From: Nitrospirota bacterium
GTDB taxonomy: Bacteria > Nitrospirota > Thermodesulfovibrionia > Thermodesulfovibrionales > Dissulfurispiraceae
Reading direction: 5' to 3'
NCBI GenBank assembly: GCA_963851345.1
Contig: CAWKOO010000001.1
Coordinates: 710,118-742,117 of the forward strand
Length of the DNA: 32,000 bases
The notes beneath the pieces were generated by a model, which was not told the origin of the DNA, made no database searches, and saw only the letters and a list, made by a program, of their open reading frames with translations. The first letter of the stretch is position 1. Every line of letters begins with the position of its first letter. Made by a program: the position numbers and the translations under genes. Of the stretch, positions 9,167 to 18,130 are shown piece by piece.

Positions 9167-11028
9167 AAAACCTCCCTTGCCTTTTTTATAATAGCGTTTT
9201 TTGAAATCTCTTCGTAATCAAGCAACTCTTCCGGCTTTCCGCTTTTGGGAATCTTCCGCACTGCCAGCGAGTATATTGGCGCCGGTCCACCGGCAAGGGC
9301 GCTTCTGACCGCCTCGCCGATGCCGCCTTCTTCGTGATGGTCCTCTACTGTTATGACCGCCCTGGTACCCATGATTGTCCATTTAAGGGCCTCACTGTCA
9401 ATTGGTTTTATACAGTAAAGATCGACAACCCGGATATAAATGCCTTCTCTTGCAAGTTCCTCATAGGCTCCGAGCGCTTCAAAAACCGTCACGCCCGCAG
9501 CGATGACCGTTACCTTATCGCTGACGCTCTGCCTGAGGGTCTTGGATTTTCCGATGGGGAATGTCTCATGCGCACCATAAAGGATGGGGGTATTTTCTCT
9601 TGTGGTGCGTATATAGACCATACCTTTGTGCCGCGCAGCCTCTTCAACCAGTTTTTCAGTGGAGACAGCATCGGAAGGATACAGAACTGCACAGTTCAGC
9701 ACCGACCTGAACATTGCTATGTCCTCGAGTCCCATTTGGGAGGGACCATCCTGTCCAATGGATACCCCTGCATGGGACCCGCAGAATTTTACGTTTGACT
9801 CCGAATACTGGGTCATTCTTATCTGGTCGAAAGCACGGGTAAAGAATGCCGCGAAAGTCGATACGAAAGGGATCTTTCCCCTGCAAGCCAGACCCAACGC
9901 GGAGCCGACCATATTCTGCTCTGCAATGTACATCTCGAAAAACCGCTCCGGGAAGGCATCCTTAAATGCATCGGAATAGGTTGAATTGCTGACCTCGGCA
10001 TCAAGCACCACCATGTCAGGGAATGCGGGGAATATCCTCTTCAGTGCGTTGCCGTATGCCTTTCTCGTTGCAACAGGCTTTCCATCCTCGTATGCGAGCG
10101 GTCCGGTATTGCCGGAGGGGTCTTTCCCGGGGTAAAGGTCTTCAGGTTTGGCTATTTCCCCCCTCAATGAGGTATCGACAGTTCCCAAGTCCCTGAGTGC
10201 CTGACCGAGTTGCTCCCTGCTCAATGTCTTGCCATGCCAGCCGTTTTTGTCCTCCACGAAAGATACACCCTTGCCTTTGATAGTCCTGGCGATTATCATC
10301 ACCGGTTTGTCTTTGCTCTCCACGGCTTTGCCATAAGCAGGTATTATATCATCAAAGTTGTGCCCGTCTATTGTAATCGTTTCCCAGCCGAATGACGCAA
10401 TCCTTGATGCATATGCCTCGGTATCATGGCCATACATAGTTTCACCGCGCTGTCCCAGCCGGTTAACGTCGAGAATGCCGATAAGATTATTGAGCCTGTA
10501 ATGAGCGGCCAACTGCATCGCCTCCCACTGCGAGCCTTCCGCCATCTCGCTGTCGCCGAGCAGTACGTAAGTTCGATAGGTGAGTTTGTCAATATATTTG
10601 GCGTTCAGTGCCATTCCTGATCCGATGGAGAGTCCCTGGCCCAGCGAGCCGGTGGCAGCCTCAGCATAACGGAAAGCCACCGTAGGATGACCCTCCAGCG
10701 TGCTTCCGAACCTCCTGTACGTCATCAATTCCTGCTCGCTTATTTTCCCGGCTGCAGCCCATAAAGAATAAAGAAGCGGCGAAGCATGGCCTTTAGAAAA
10801 GATCAGACGGTCATTGTTGGGATGTTCTGGGTTTTCTGCATCGTATCTGAATAATCCGGTAAACATAAGGCCGACGAGCAGATCGGTGGCCGACAAGGAA
10901 GACGTAGGATGGCCCGAGCCGGCACCGGTAGTAGAAATAAGTATAAAATAGCGGACCAGCCTGGCAAGCTTTTCGAGATCAACCGTCCCCGTTTTATGGC
11001 CGGGAATGCCCTTTTCTTCATCTTTCAT
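9163..11028 (-). CDS. tkt: transketolase (single-polypeptide form)
   Basis: The thiamine-diphosphate N-terminal motif GSGHPTSSLS is present, as are GDSEMAEGSQWEA and pyrimidine-binding plus C-terminal domain blocks. I prefer the ATG at 11028 (preceded by GAGGTG) over the GTG at 11040. Confidence 0.9.
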   Translation of the reverse strand: MKDEEKGIPGHKTGTVDLEKLARLVRYFILISTTGAGSGHPTSSLSATDLLVGLMFTGLFRYDAENPEHPNNDRLIFSKGHASPLLYSLWAAAGKISEQELMTYRRFGSTLEGHPTVAFRYAEAATGSLGQGLSIGSGMALNAKYIDKLTYRTYVLLGDSEMAEGSQWEAMQLAAHYRLNNLIGILDVNRLGQRGETMYGHDTEAYASRIASFGWETITIDGHNFDDIIPAYGKAVESKDKPVMIIARTIKGKGVSFVEDKNGWHGKTLSREQLGQALRDLGTVDTSLRGEIAKPEDLYPGKDPSGNTGPLAYEDGKPVATRKAYGNALKRIFPAFPDMVVLDAEVSNSTYSDAFKDAFPERFFEMYIAEQNMVGSALGLACRGKIPFVSTFAAFFTRAFDQIRMTQYSESNVKFCGSHAGVSIGQDGPSQMGLEDIAMFRSVLNCAVLYPSDAVSTEKLVEEAARHKGMVYIRTTRENTPILYGAHETFPIGKSKTLRQSVSDKVTVIAAGVTVFEALGAYEELAREGIYIRVVDLYCIKPIDSEALKWTIMGTRAVITVEDHHEEGGIGEAVRSALAGGPAPIYSLAVRKIPKSGKPEELLDYEEISKNAIIKKAREVL

Positions 11029-11343
11029 GCGGCACCTCACTAATATGTGTTGATCTTCCTCAGGGAATCTAACGCAAGGAATTTTTTCATTCTGATACGC
11101 TCGCCGGCCATTTATTCATCCCGCTGCTTCATGAAACATTTGGCCCGGTTTTTCGTATTATATAGGTAAACTATAGCTAAAGGCAGTATCTTTTCCTTGA
11201 GTCCCCCCTTCAGGTCCAGCCTCGAAAGTTAATAAAATCTTATAGCCGTTTATGCTTCTTGTCAAATACTTTTCTGCGGGGCGCTTTATATTCCTCTCAT
11301 AATTGAATTATAATTCTCTCAATATGGTTGATGCAGGAATTAT

Positions 11344-12846
11344 ATGTCCAATGCTCCCAATGAGAGGTCACGGATGTACATAGTCATGATCACTCCTGAA
11401 TGCGCCCCTGCTGCCAAAGTCGGGGGCCTCGCAGATGTTGTTTACGGTCTCTCCCACGAACTCGAGATCAGGGGAAACGATGTCGAGATCATACTGCCGA
11501 AATACGATTGCATGCGGTATGATCAGATCTACGGGCTGCGGATGGCCTATAACGACCTATGGGTCCCTTTTTATGAGCGATGGGTGCATTGCTCCGTCTT
11601 TTTCGGTTTCGTCCACGGAAGAAAATGTTTTTTTATCGAACCGCATTCAGAGAGGAACTTCTTTAATAGAGGTATTTTTTACGGTCATAGCGATGATCCC
11701 GAACGGTTTGCTTTTTTCTGCAGGGCGGCCCTTGAGTTCATGCTCAAGTCGAACAAGCATCCAGACATAATCCACTGTCACGACTGGCAGACAGGGCTTG
11801 TCCCGGTACTTCTCTTTGATATGTACAAGAGTTATGGGATGACCCATCCCCGCGTCTGTTATACCCTGCATAACCTCAAGCACCAGGGAGTGACCGGAGA
11901 ATTTATATTGCGTGCAGTGGGACTGAACAGGCCGGATTATTATCTTCACCCCGACCGGCTCAGGGACAACTCCAATTATTCCGCAGTGAACCTCATGAAG
12001 GCCGGCATCGTCTATTCGAACTTTGTGACTACCGTATCTCCCAGTTATGCCTGGGAGATCAGGCATTCCGATCTGTCTTACGGACTCGGTCATCCCCTTC
12101 ACGTCCATGGGCAGAAGTTCGGCGGTATCCTTAATGGCATTGACTACGACGTATGGAACCCGGAGATCGACCGGTATATCCCGTACCGGTATAACATAGA
12201 TACGGTCCATGACAAATACAGGGACAAAGAGGCACTTTGCCACAGGCTTCTCCTCCGGCAGGTTTATAAGCCTATCGTGTCGTACATAGGCAGACTGGAC
12301 CATCAAAAAGGGGTGGGACTGATAAGGGACGCAATATTCTATTCCCTTTCAAACGGCTGCCAGTTCGTCCTTCTTGGTTCGAGTCCGGACAATGGGATCA
12401 ACAATGATTTTCTCCAGCTCAAGCACCACCTGAATGACAACCCCGACTGCCACATCGAGATAGGATTTAACGAGGAACTCTCGCACCTCATATATGCGGG
12501 GTCAGATATGATGATTGTCCCCAGCCTCTTCGAGCCCTGCGGGCTGACCCAAATGATAGCCCTGAAATACGGGACAGTGCCTGTAGTGCGGGCGACCGGC
12601 GGATTGCGGGACACGGTCTTTGATGCCGACTACAGCCATAGGCCCTACCACGAGCGGAACGGATATGTATTCAACGACTTCAATTTCAAGGGAATCGAGT
12701 CAGCGCTTGCGCGCGCAATCGGCATGTGGTATTCCTACCCGAAGCACTTCAGGGAACTGATGGTAAACGGGATGCGCTATGATTTTTCATGGAACCACCC
12801 CTCATATCACTATCTGAATATTTATGAACATATCAGGGACAAGTGA
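11344..12846 (+). CDS. glgA: glycogen/starch synthase (GT5, ADP-glucose type)
   Basis: The N-terminal KVGGLADV (KxGGL) motif is present. The C-terminal GT-B block reads PSLFEPCGLTQMIALKYGTVPVVRATGGLRDTV. An alternative start is the ATG at 11374. Confidence 0.9.
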   Translation: MSNAPNERSRMYIVMITPECAPAAKVGGLADVVYGLSHELEIRGNDVEIILPKYDCMRYDQIYGLRMAYNDLWVPFYERWVHCSVFFGFVHGRKCFFIEPHSERNFFNRGIFYGHSDDPERFAFFCRAALEFMLKSNKHPDIIHCHDWQTGLVPVLLFDMYKSYGMTHPRVCYTLHNLKHQGVTGEFILRAVGLNRPDYYLHPDRLRDNSNYSAVNLMKAGIVYSNFVTTVSPSYAWEIRHSDLSYGLGHPLHVHGQKFGGILNGIDYDVWNPEIDRYIPYRYNIDTVHDKYRDKEALCHRLLLRQVYKPIVSYIGRLDHQKGVGLIRDAIFYSLSNGCQFVLLGSSPDNGINNDFLQLKHHLNDNPDCHIEIGFNEELSHLIYAGSDMMIVPSLFEPCGLTQMIALKYGTVPVVRATGGLRDTVFDADYSHRPYHERNGYVFNDFNFKGIESALARAIGMWYSYPKHFRELMVNGMRYDFSWNHPSYHYLNIYEHIRDK

Positions 12847-12913
12847 AACCGGAATAATGCATTTAACCGGCAGTGACATAATAAACGGCTGAGCAAAAAG
12901 GAGGCATTTTCTT

Positions 12914-14506
12914 GTGAGTATGAAAAGACTGTTGTTTGCGGTAGGTGTTGTGAATGTGTTTGCTTTGGGATTAATTCTTGCCATTTTTGTGCTGCAGAGC
13001 GGAAAGATGAAGACAAGGACCGAGCGGATGATACATATCGATCAGGAGTTATTGTTGGATCTGGATAATATGTATGCCCAGGGATTGCAGTCAGGGCAGG
13101 CGACAAGGAATGTACTGATCAACCCGGGCGATGAAAAAGCAAAGAGCAATTACAAAGAGGCGCATGAAGGATTTGTAAAATCCAGTGATGAGGCCCTTAC
13201 GCTTTCTTCAGGCACGATGACGGAAACGTTAAAAAAGGTCAGCGCCCTGTGGGATGAGGACCATAAGCTTAAAACCGAGGTCCAGGAATTAGCCGAATCG
13301 GATAAGAGAAATGAAGCAATTGAATTATTGGTGCAGAAAGAGACTTCAAAATGGAGAGAGGTCCGATCACTGCTTTTAGAGATGATCAAGGAGCAAAAGG
13401 GTTCCTTCGGGGAGCACCTTGCCGAGAATGAGAGGGCAATGCGGAACGGCACGATTTTACTTACATGCATCATTGCATTATCCCTTATAGGTTTCTCTGC
13501 CTTTCTTTTCTTCATTAACAAGAGGATGCAAAAAAATATGACTCAAGCCATTGAGTGTTTCGATACCCTTGAGAGAGGGGAGTTTAAAGAAGAATGCAAG
13601 ATAGTTGAAAGCAGTAACGTTTTAAAGGATGTATATAACAGAATTCTATTGACCCTCAGAGAGATAATACTAAATATAAGCGGCGTCGCGAAAAGCGTGA
13701 CCCAGAACGTAAATTCTCTTTCAGAGGATATCAATCGATTGGATTCCGGAGCAAAAGAGCAGCTCTCTAAAATCGATCAGGTTGCATCGGCTACTGCTGA
13801 AATGTCACAGACCATAGTTGATGTGGCAAAGAATGCGTCTTTTGCTTCCGAAATGGCGAAAGGAGCGGTCGACATTGCAGACAGGGGAAAGGATACGGTG
13901 AGAAGGGCGACTGATGCAATTATCGGCATTGCTGAATCGGTAAAGGAGTCGTCTCATACCATAGAGGAACTTGGAAAGAGGTCCCAGGAAATCGGTGAGA
14001 TCGTGGCGGTCATTAATGATATCGCGGACCAGACGAATCTTCTGGCACTCAATGCCGCTATCGAGGCGGCTAGAGCAGGCGATCAGGGCAGAGGGTTTGC
14101 GGTAGTTGCGGACGAAGTGAGAAAACTCGCAGAACGGACCTCAAGGGCAACCGGGGAAATAGCGGGAAAGATCAGTGGAATCCAGTCGCAGGCGGCAGCA
14201 TCCGTTGAGGCCATGGGAACGAGCAGGAAGGATGCGGAAGGAGGAGTAAGTCTTGCAAAAGAGGCCGGCAACGCGCTAGAGGAGATTGTGGGGGCAACGC
14301 AAAAGGCAATGGATATGATTCAGAGGATTGCATCGGCGACTGAAGAACAATCTGCAGCTTCGGAAGAGATTTCCCAAAACATGGAAACCGTGACCGGGCA
14401 TTTGAATGACACTATAAGGATGATCGGCAATTCAAGGCAGATTATGGATCACCTGCACCAGGAGGGTAAAAAATTGGACCAGAGCATAAGCTGGTTTAAA
14501 GTGTAG
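12914..14506 (+). CDS. methyl-accepting chemotaxis protein
   Basis: AAGGAGG at 12898-12904 sits 9 nt before the GTG at 12914. There are two TM helices flanking a ~150-aa helical sensor region. The highly conserved signalling hairpin reads [35 protein letters not shown]. Confidence 0.92.
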   Translation: MSMKRLLFAVGVVNVFALGLILAIFVLQSGKMKTRTERMIHIDQELLLDLDNMYAQGLQSGQATRNVLINPGDEKAKSNYKEAHEGFVKSSDEALTLSSGTMTETLKKVSALWDEDHKLKTEVQELAESDKRNEAIELLVQKETSKWREVRSLLLEMIKEQKGSFGEHLAENERAMRNGTILLTCIIALSLIGFSAFLFFINKRMQKNMTQAIECFDTLERGEFKEECKIVESSNVLKDVYNRILLTLREIILNISGVAKSVTQNVNSLSEDINRLDSGAKEQLSKIDQVASATAEMSQTIVDVAKNASFASEMAKGAVDIADRGKDTVRRATDAIIGIAESVKESSHTIEELGKRSQEIGEIVAVINDIADQTNLLALNAAIEAARAGDQGRGFAVVADEVRKLAERTSRATGEIAGKISGIQSQAAASVEAMGTSRKDAEGGVSLAKEAGNALEEIVGATQKAMDMIQRIASATEEQSAASEEISQNMETVTGHLNDTIRMIGNSRQIMDHLHQEGKKLDQSISWFKV

Positions 14507-14525
14507 CCTTGCAGCTATGACAGCA

Positions 14526-14939
14526 TTACTGTTTTTGGTGCATATCATCCGCCAGATGAAAATGCAAATAGGTGACGTCCTGCTCATCCGGGCCGTTTGT
14601 GAACATGAGATACCGGGTCAACTTTTCTTTCTCGATAATATGCCTTGCAACGAGAAATGCGTCAGTGAGATAAGAGGCGTCCTCCTCGCCAAGCTCTCCG
14701 ATATTCTTGATATCCTTCTTTGGGAAAATGACATAATGGAAATGTCTTTTTTTCGACGGGAGCTTGACTGCAATTGTTTTGTCTGTTTCGAAAACGATGA
14801 AAGGTATAATACCAGGGATCCTCTGGATTGCAGCCGAAGCAAGCAGCCCGTACAGGTCTTTGCGGCTCATACAGTCTTCGCACCGGTTTATGGCCAAAAA
14901 CGATCGGGGTTGTGACCGGGAAAAAAGAATATCCTCCAA
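14526..14939 (-). CDS. HIT (histidine triad) family protein, apparently frameshifted from its N-terminal membrane anchor
   Basis: The layout CEDC...FETDKTIAVKLPSKKRHFHYVIFPKKDI...YLHFHL is HIT-like. The only in-frame start upstream of the CxxC is a TTG. A TM-helix ORF starting at 15000 joins this frame if one base of the A6 run (14921-14926) is removed. Confidence 0.65.
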   Translation of the reverse strand: MEDILFSRSQPRSFLAINRCEDCMSRKDLYGLLASAAIQRIPGIIPFIVFETDKTIAVKLPSKKRHFHYVIFPKKDIKNIGELGEEDASYLTDAFLVARHIIEKEKLTRYLMFTNGPDEQDVTYLHFHLADDMHQKQ

Positions 14940-15072
14940 TCACAATTCCGGCGGTAATACATAAGAAGCATGTAAATATTGTTTTTATGGCCATGATCAA
15001 TGCTGCTTAATAATGATACCATAAGTAAATACTCGCTTGACAAGACAGGTATATTTTGTTATGAATGAGTCA

Positions 15073-15948
15073 TCACTGAACTGTGCCGGAGCTTTTGACA
15101 GAGACGAGGGGAAAATCCCGGAGATGGGCATTCAGGGAGCGTTCGGCGTCTCCAGCGGAAAGTTTTATTTTTATTATGGAGTAGATAAGCACTGACGGCA
15201 GTAAAACAATGAAGGTGCCGGTCCATCCCATTGTATACTCACGAATCGCAAAAGTCACCGAGAGATTAAAAACCAGGACTCCTGCATAGAGGATAGGACC
15301 CACAAGGTATCTCCATGGATACTGATATCCCGTATAGTCGGATGCTCCGCTCCGGTACAAACAATTATCGATTTTCTGCAAGGCCCCGATCATCAGGAAT
15401 CCTACTACGACCCATCCTGCGAAATTTGAGATGGGAACTCCGAAATATGCCCCCCTCTGAGGGTACCCATAAAGCTGTCCCAGAAACCACTTGTTGCCTG
15501 CCAGTGCAACAGGATCTATAATGATATCGAGGTAAACAAAGAGGATGGCCCCGAGCATCCTGACAGCAGGTGAATTTCTGATTTCCCTTGTTTCAAGAAT
15601 ATAGAGAGTGTTCTTCAGGCGCATAACCGGAGCATTGACAAGAAGGGCCATGGAATAGCTTGCATAGGCAAGGAATACATAGCTCATCGAATCTATGAGG
15701 GGTACTCCGAGCACCCAGATTTCCCTGCCGTTTGTCTGCTCAATATAGAAGTAGTATCCGTATGGAATGCCGTTGTGAATGGAAGAGTATTCCGACAGCC
15801 AGGCAATGCCGTATCCGGCAAGGCCGAAAAGCAGCGCTCTTTTTAATCCCAGGTGCAGCGAACAGCCCAGCATATAGACCAACAGGAACACAAATACGTA
15901 CGGTCTCAATGCAATTGTGTGCAGGGCAAGCAGAGGAAAGGCCGCCAT
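15073..15948 (-). CDS. polytopic membrane protein, probably of the DUF422 / carotenoid-biosynthesis-protein (CruF-like) family
   Basis: There are at least 7 hydrophobic helices. The motifs WLSEYSSIHNGIPYGYYFY, LDIIIDPVA and YFGVPISNFAGW resemble my recollection of Pfam Caroten_synth/DUF422. I prefer the ATG at 15948, because the GTG at 15984 lies inside an inverted-repeat arm. Confidence 0.5.
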   Translation of the reverse strand: MAAFPLLALHTIALRPYVFVFLLVYMLGCSLHLGLKRALLFGLAGYGIAWLSEYSSIHNGIPYGYYFYIEQTNGREIWVLGVPLIDSMSYVFLAYASYSMALLVNAPVMRLKNTLYILETREIRNSPAVRMLGAILFVYLDIIIDPVALAGNKWFLGQLYGYPQRGAYFGVPISNFAGWVVVGFLMIGALQKIDNCLYRSGASDYTGYQYPWRYLVGPILYAGVLVFNLSVTFAIREYTMGWTGTFIVLLPSVLIYSIIKIKLSAGDAERSLNAHLRDFPLVSVKSSGTVQ

Positions 15949-15957
15949 CAGTGGTAA

Positions 15958-16137
15958 GGGCTCGCTAATAAATAACTTGCACACTGATGCATCTCTGATT
16001 TAGGCCATCCTTGCCCGATCCTCAGTCGCAAAATCCTCAACGTAGCTCTGCTACGCCTGCGGTTTTGCTCAGTCAGATCAGCCAAATCTGACCCAAATCC
16101 AAGCGCCTGAATGCACAAGTTATTCATTAGCGAGCCC
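15958..16137. repeat. ~180-bp imperfect palindromic (MITE/REP-like) intergenic element
   Basis: The terminal arms are gggctcgctaataaataacttg (15958-15979) and caagttattcattagcgagccc (16116-16137), matching 21/22 as an inverted repeat. Internal complementary blocks include gatttaggcca/tgacccaaatc, gcaaaa/ttttgc and cgtagc-tct-gctacg. A direct TAA flanks each side (15955-15957 and 16138-16140). Confidence 0.6.
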
Positions 16138-17131
16138 TAAGGTTCCAGATCAACAGTCTCAAGAGGTCTCCCGGGTTTGCGAAGGCGGTCCTCATGACAG
16201 TTGCTTCGTACCCGCTGTGTACCAGACAGTTTTCACACCTCGGGTCTTTGCCTGTGCCGTACCTGTCCCAGGGGGTCTTCTCCATCATTTCGCTGAAGGA
16301 GGCATAGTAGGCGTCGGTAATCAAATAGCAGGGCGATTTCCAACCGAGGGGATTGCGTGTCGGGTTGCCCCAGGGAGTGCAGTGCATGTCCCTGCTGCCC
16401 TTCAGCAAGTCCACATAGAGCGGTGAATTCATAAATGGGAACTTCTCGAAGAAGGATGCCATTTGATTGAATTTATCATGTATCTCATCTCTGTTGAGAA
16501 AGATATTGTTTTCTACGCTCTCATAGCTGAAGGCAGGGGCGATCAGCGTGCCGTCAATTTTGATATTGGTGAGTATCTCGAACAGGCGCTCAAGTTCTTT
16601 TACGTCGGAGTTTTTGTAAACTGAAGTGTTTGTGCTTACCCTGAACCCCCGCTGCTTTGCCTTTTTTATCGTCTCAATGGTCTTTCTGAAAGTCCCGCTT
16701 TTGTTGGTAATAGCATCATGGGTTTCTTCCAGTCCGTCCAGATGAAAGTTGATGGTGAGCCTGGGGCTTGGCTCGAACTCCTCAATAAAGGATTCGGTAA
16801 GAAGGCCATTAGTGCATAGATACACATGTTTTTTCATCCTCAGAATTTCTCTGACAAGCGGAGTAAGTTCCTTGTAAAGGAGAGGTTCTCCTCCTGTTAC
16901 TGTGATAACAGGGGCATCTGACTCGGTAACAGCCCCAATGCATTGCTCCAGAGAAAGGTCAGGGGACTGCATATCATCATGCAGGCGTATCCTGTCGCAT
17001 CCGGCACAGGCGAGATTGCACCTGTGAGTAGGTTCAAGCATCAGCACAAGCGGAAAGCGCTTTCTTCCCGCCAGGGCGTTCCTGATAAAAGATTTAGTAA
17101 GCGATACGTATAAGCTGACCGGAAAACGCAT
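16127..17131 (-). CDS. hpnH: adenosyl-hopene transferase, radical SAM
   Basis: The N-terminus ...GRKRFPLVLMLEPTHRCNLACAGCDRI carries the CxxxCxxC cluster in the characteristic HpnH context. The gene sits in the hopanoid operon, 6 nt after hpnA. Confidence 0.9.
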   Translation of the reverse strand: MRFPVSLYVSLTKSFIRNALAGRKRFPLVLMLEPTHRCNLACAGCDRIRLHDDMQSPDLSLEQCIGAVTESDAPVITVTGGEPLLYKELTPLVREILRMKKHVYLCTNGLLTESFIEEFEPSPRLTINFHLDGLEETHDAITNKSGTFRKTIETIKKAKQRGFRVSTNTSVYKNSDVKELERLFEILTNIKIDGTLIAPAFSYESVENNIFLNRDEIHDKFNQMASFFEKFPFMNSPLYVDLLKGSRDMHCTPWGNPTRNPLGWKSPCYLITDAYYASFSEMMEKTPWDRYGTGKDPRCENCLVHSGYEATVMRTAFANPGDLLRLLIWNLRAR

Positions 17132-17137
17132 AGATAT

Positions 17138-18130
17138 TTAGCCCCTCACATAATTATTTTTTTTGAACCACTCTATTGCCTGTTCCATTGCATGCTCAAT
17201 AGGAGTCTGCGGCAAATGCAGTTCCTTCACAGCCCTGGAAGCGTCGAAATACATATATTTTTTTGCCATTCTCACACCTGTGAGCGGAATTCTCGGATGC
17301 CTGTGCGTCAGGAGTGTTGAAATGGTTTCGTCGATGCAGGCTGCAAACAGTACCGGCAGATATGGGAGCCTGATTTTAGGAGGCCGGCTTCCGGTAATGC
17401 GGGCAAGGGATTCGAAGAATTCCCTGAGTGTGATATTTCTGTTTCCCAAAATATATCCCCGTCCGATCTTTCCTTTCAGTGATGCGAGCCAGTGGCCTGC
17501 GGCCACGTCCCCGACATCGACAAAGTTAAGCCCCGTATCCAGGAATGCGGGAATTCTGCCGGCGAGGAAGTCAACAATAGTTTTTCCGGTAGGGGTGGGT
17601 TTCCTGTCCATGGTGCCTATAGGTGTAGAGGGATATACAATGACTGCAGGCACTCCTTTACCGATGAACGAATGCACCTCATTCTCCGCGATAAACTTGG
17701 ACCGTTTGTAATGGCCGACCATTTCATTTATGCCGGCGCGGCTTTCCTCATTTGAAACCTTCCCGTTTAATGATGCAGCGAGTACTCCCACTGAGCTTGT
17801 ATAGATGACCTTCTCAACGCCGAGTTTAAGAGCAGCTTCCATGCAATTTCTGGTGCCCTCAACATTTATAGCGTACATGGTTGCGGGGTCGGGTACCCAA
17901 AGCCGGTAATCTGCAGCGAGGTGGTATAAGTGCCGGCATCCGCCAAGCGCCCGGCAGACAGATTCAAAGTCCCTGATATCGCCGGTGGCCGGCTCTATGT
18001 CCAGGGCTTTCAATGCAGCTGCATCGCTTTGTCCCCTTACCAGGGCCCTTACCTGAATCCCTTTTTCTGTTAAAAAACGGGCAACATGAAAACCGATAAA
18101 ACCGGTAGCGCCGGTAATAAGGACCCTCAC
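17138..18130 (-). CDS. hpnA: hopanoid-associated NAD-dependent sugar epimerase/dehydratase-family protein
   Basis: The Rossmann motif VLITGATGFIGFHV is present, along with an SDR YxxxK context (HYKRSK). There is a GTGA overlap with the shc stop. Confidence 0.8.
   Translation of the reverse strand: MRVLITGATGFIGFHVARFLTEKGIQVRALVRGQSDAAALKALDIEPATGDIRDFESVCRALGGCRHLYHLAADYRLWVPDPATMYAINVEGTRNCMEAALKLGVEKVIYTSSVGVLAASLNGKVSNEESRAGINEMVGHYKRSKFIAENEVHSFIGKGVPAVIVYPSTPIGTMDRKPTPTGKTIVDFLAGRIPAFLDTGLNFVDVGDVAAGHWLASLKGKIGRGYILGNRNITLREFFESLARITGSRPPKIRLPYLPVLFAACIDETISTLLTHRHPRIPLTGVRMAKKYMYFDASRAVKELHLPQTPIEHAMEQAIEWFKKNNYVRG

Noticed and set aside
9334-9798. 154-aa + strand ORF inside tkt
   Set aside because: It is a shadow ORF antisense to the transketolase gene, with no family features.
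11647-12306. 219-aa - strand ORF inside glgA
   Set aside because: It is antisense to a confidently identified GT5 glycogen synthase and has no motifs and no RBS.
15949-15984. GTG-initiated 12-codon N-terminal extension of the DUF422-like ORF (MCKLFISEPLPL)
   Set aside because: It is encoded entirely by the left inverted-repeat arm of the palindromic element. The ATG at 15948 begins directly with the first TM helix.
17163-17711. 182-aa + strand ORF inside hpnA
   Set aside because: It is antisense to a Rossmann-fold SDR gene. Its Ser/Cys/Gly-rich composition looks like nonsense.
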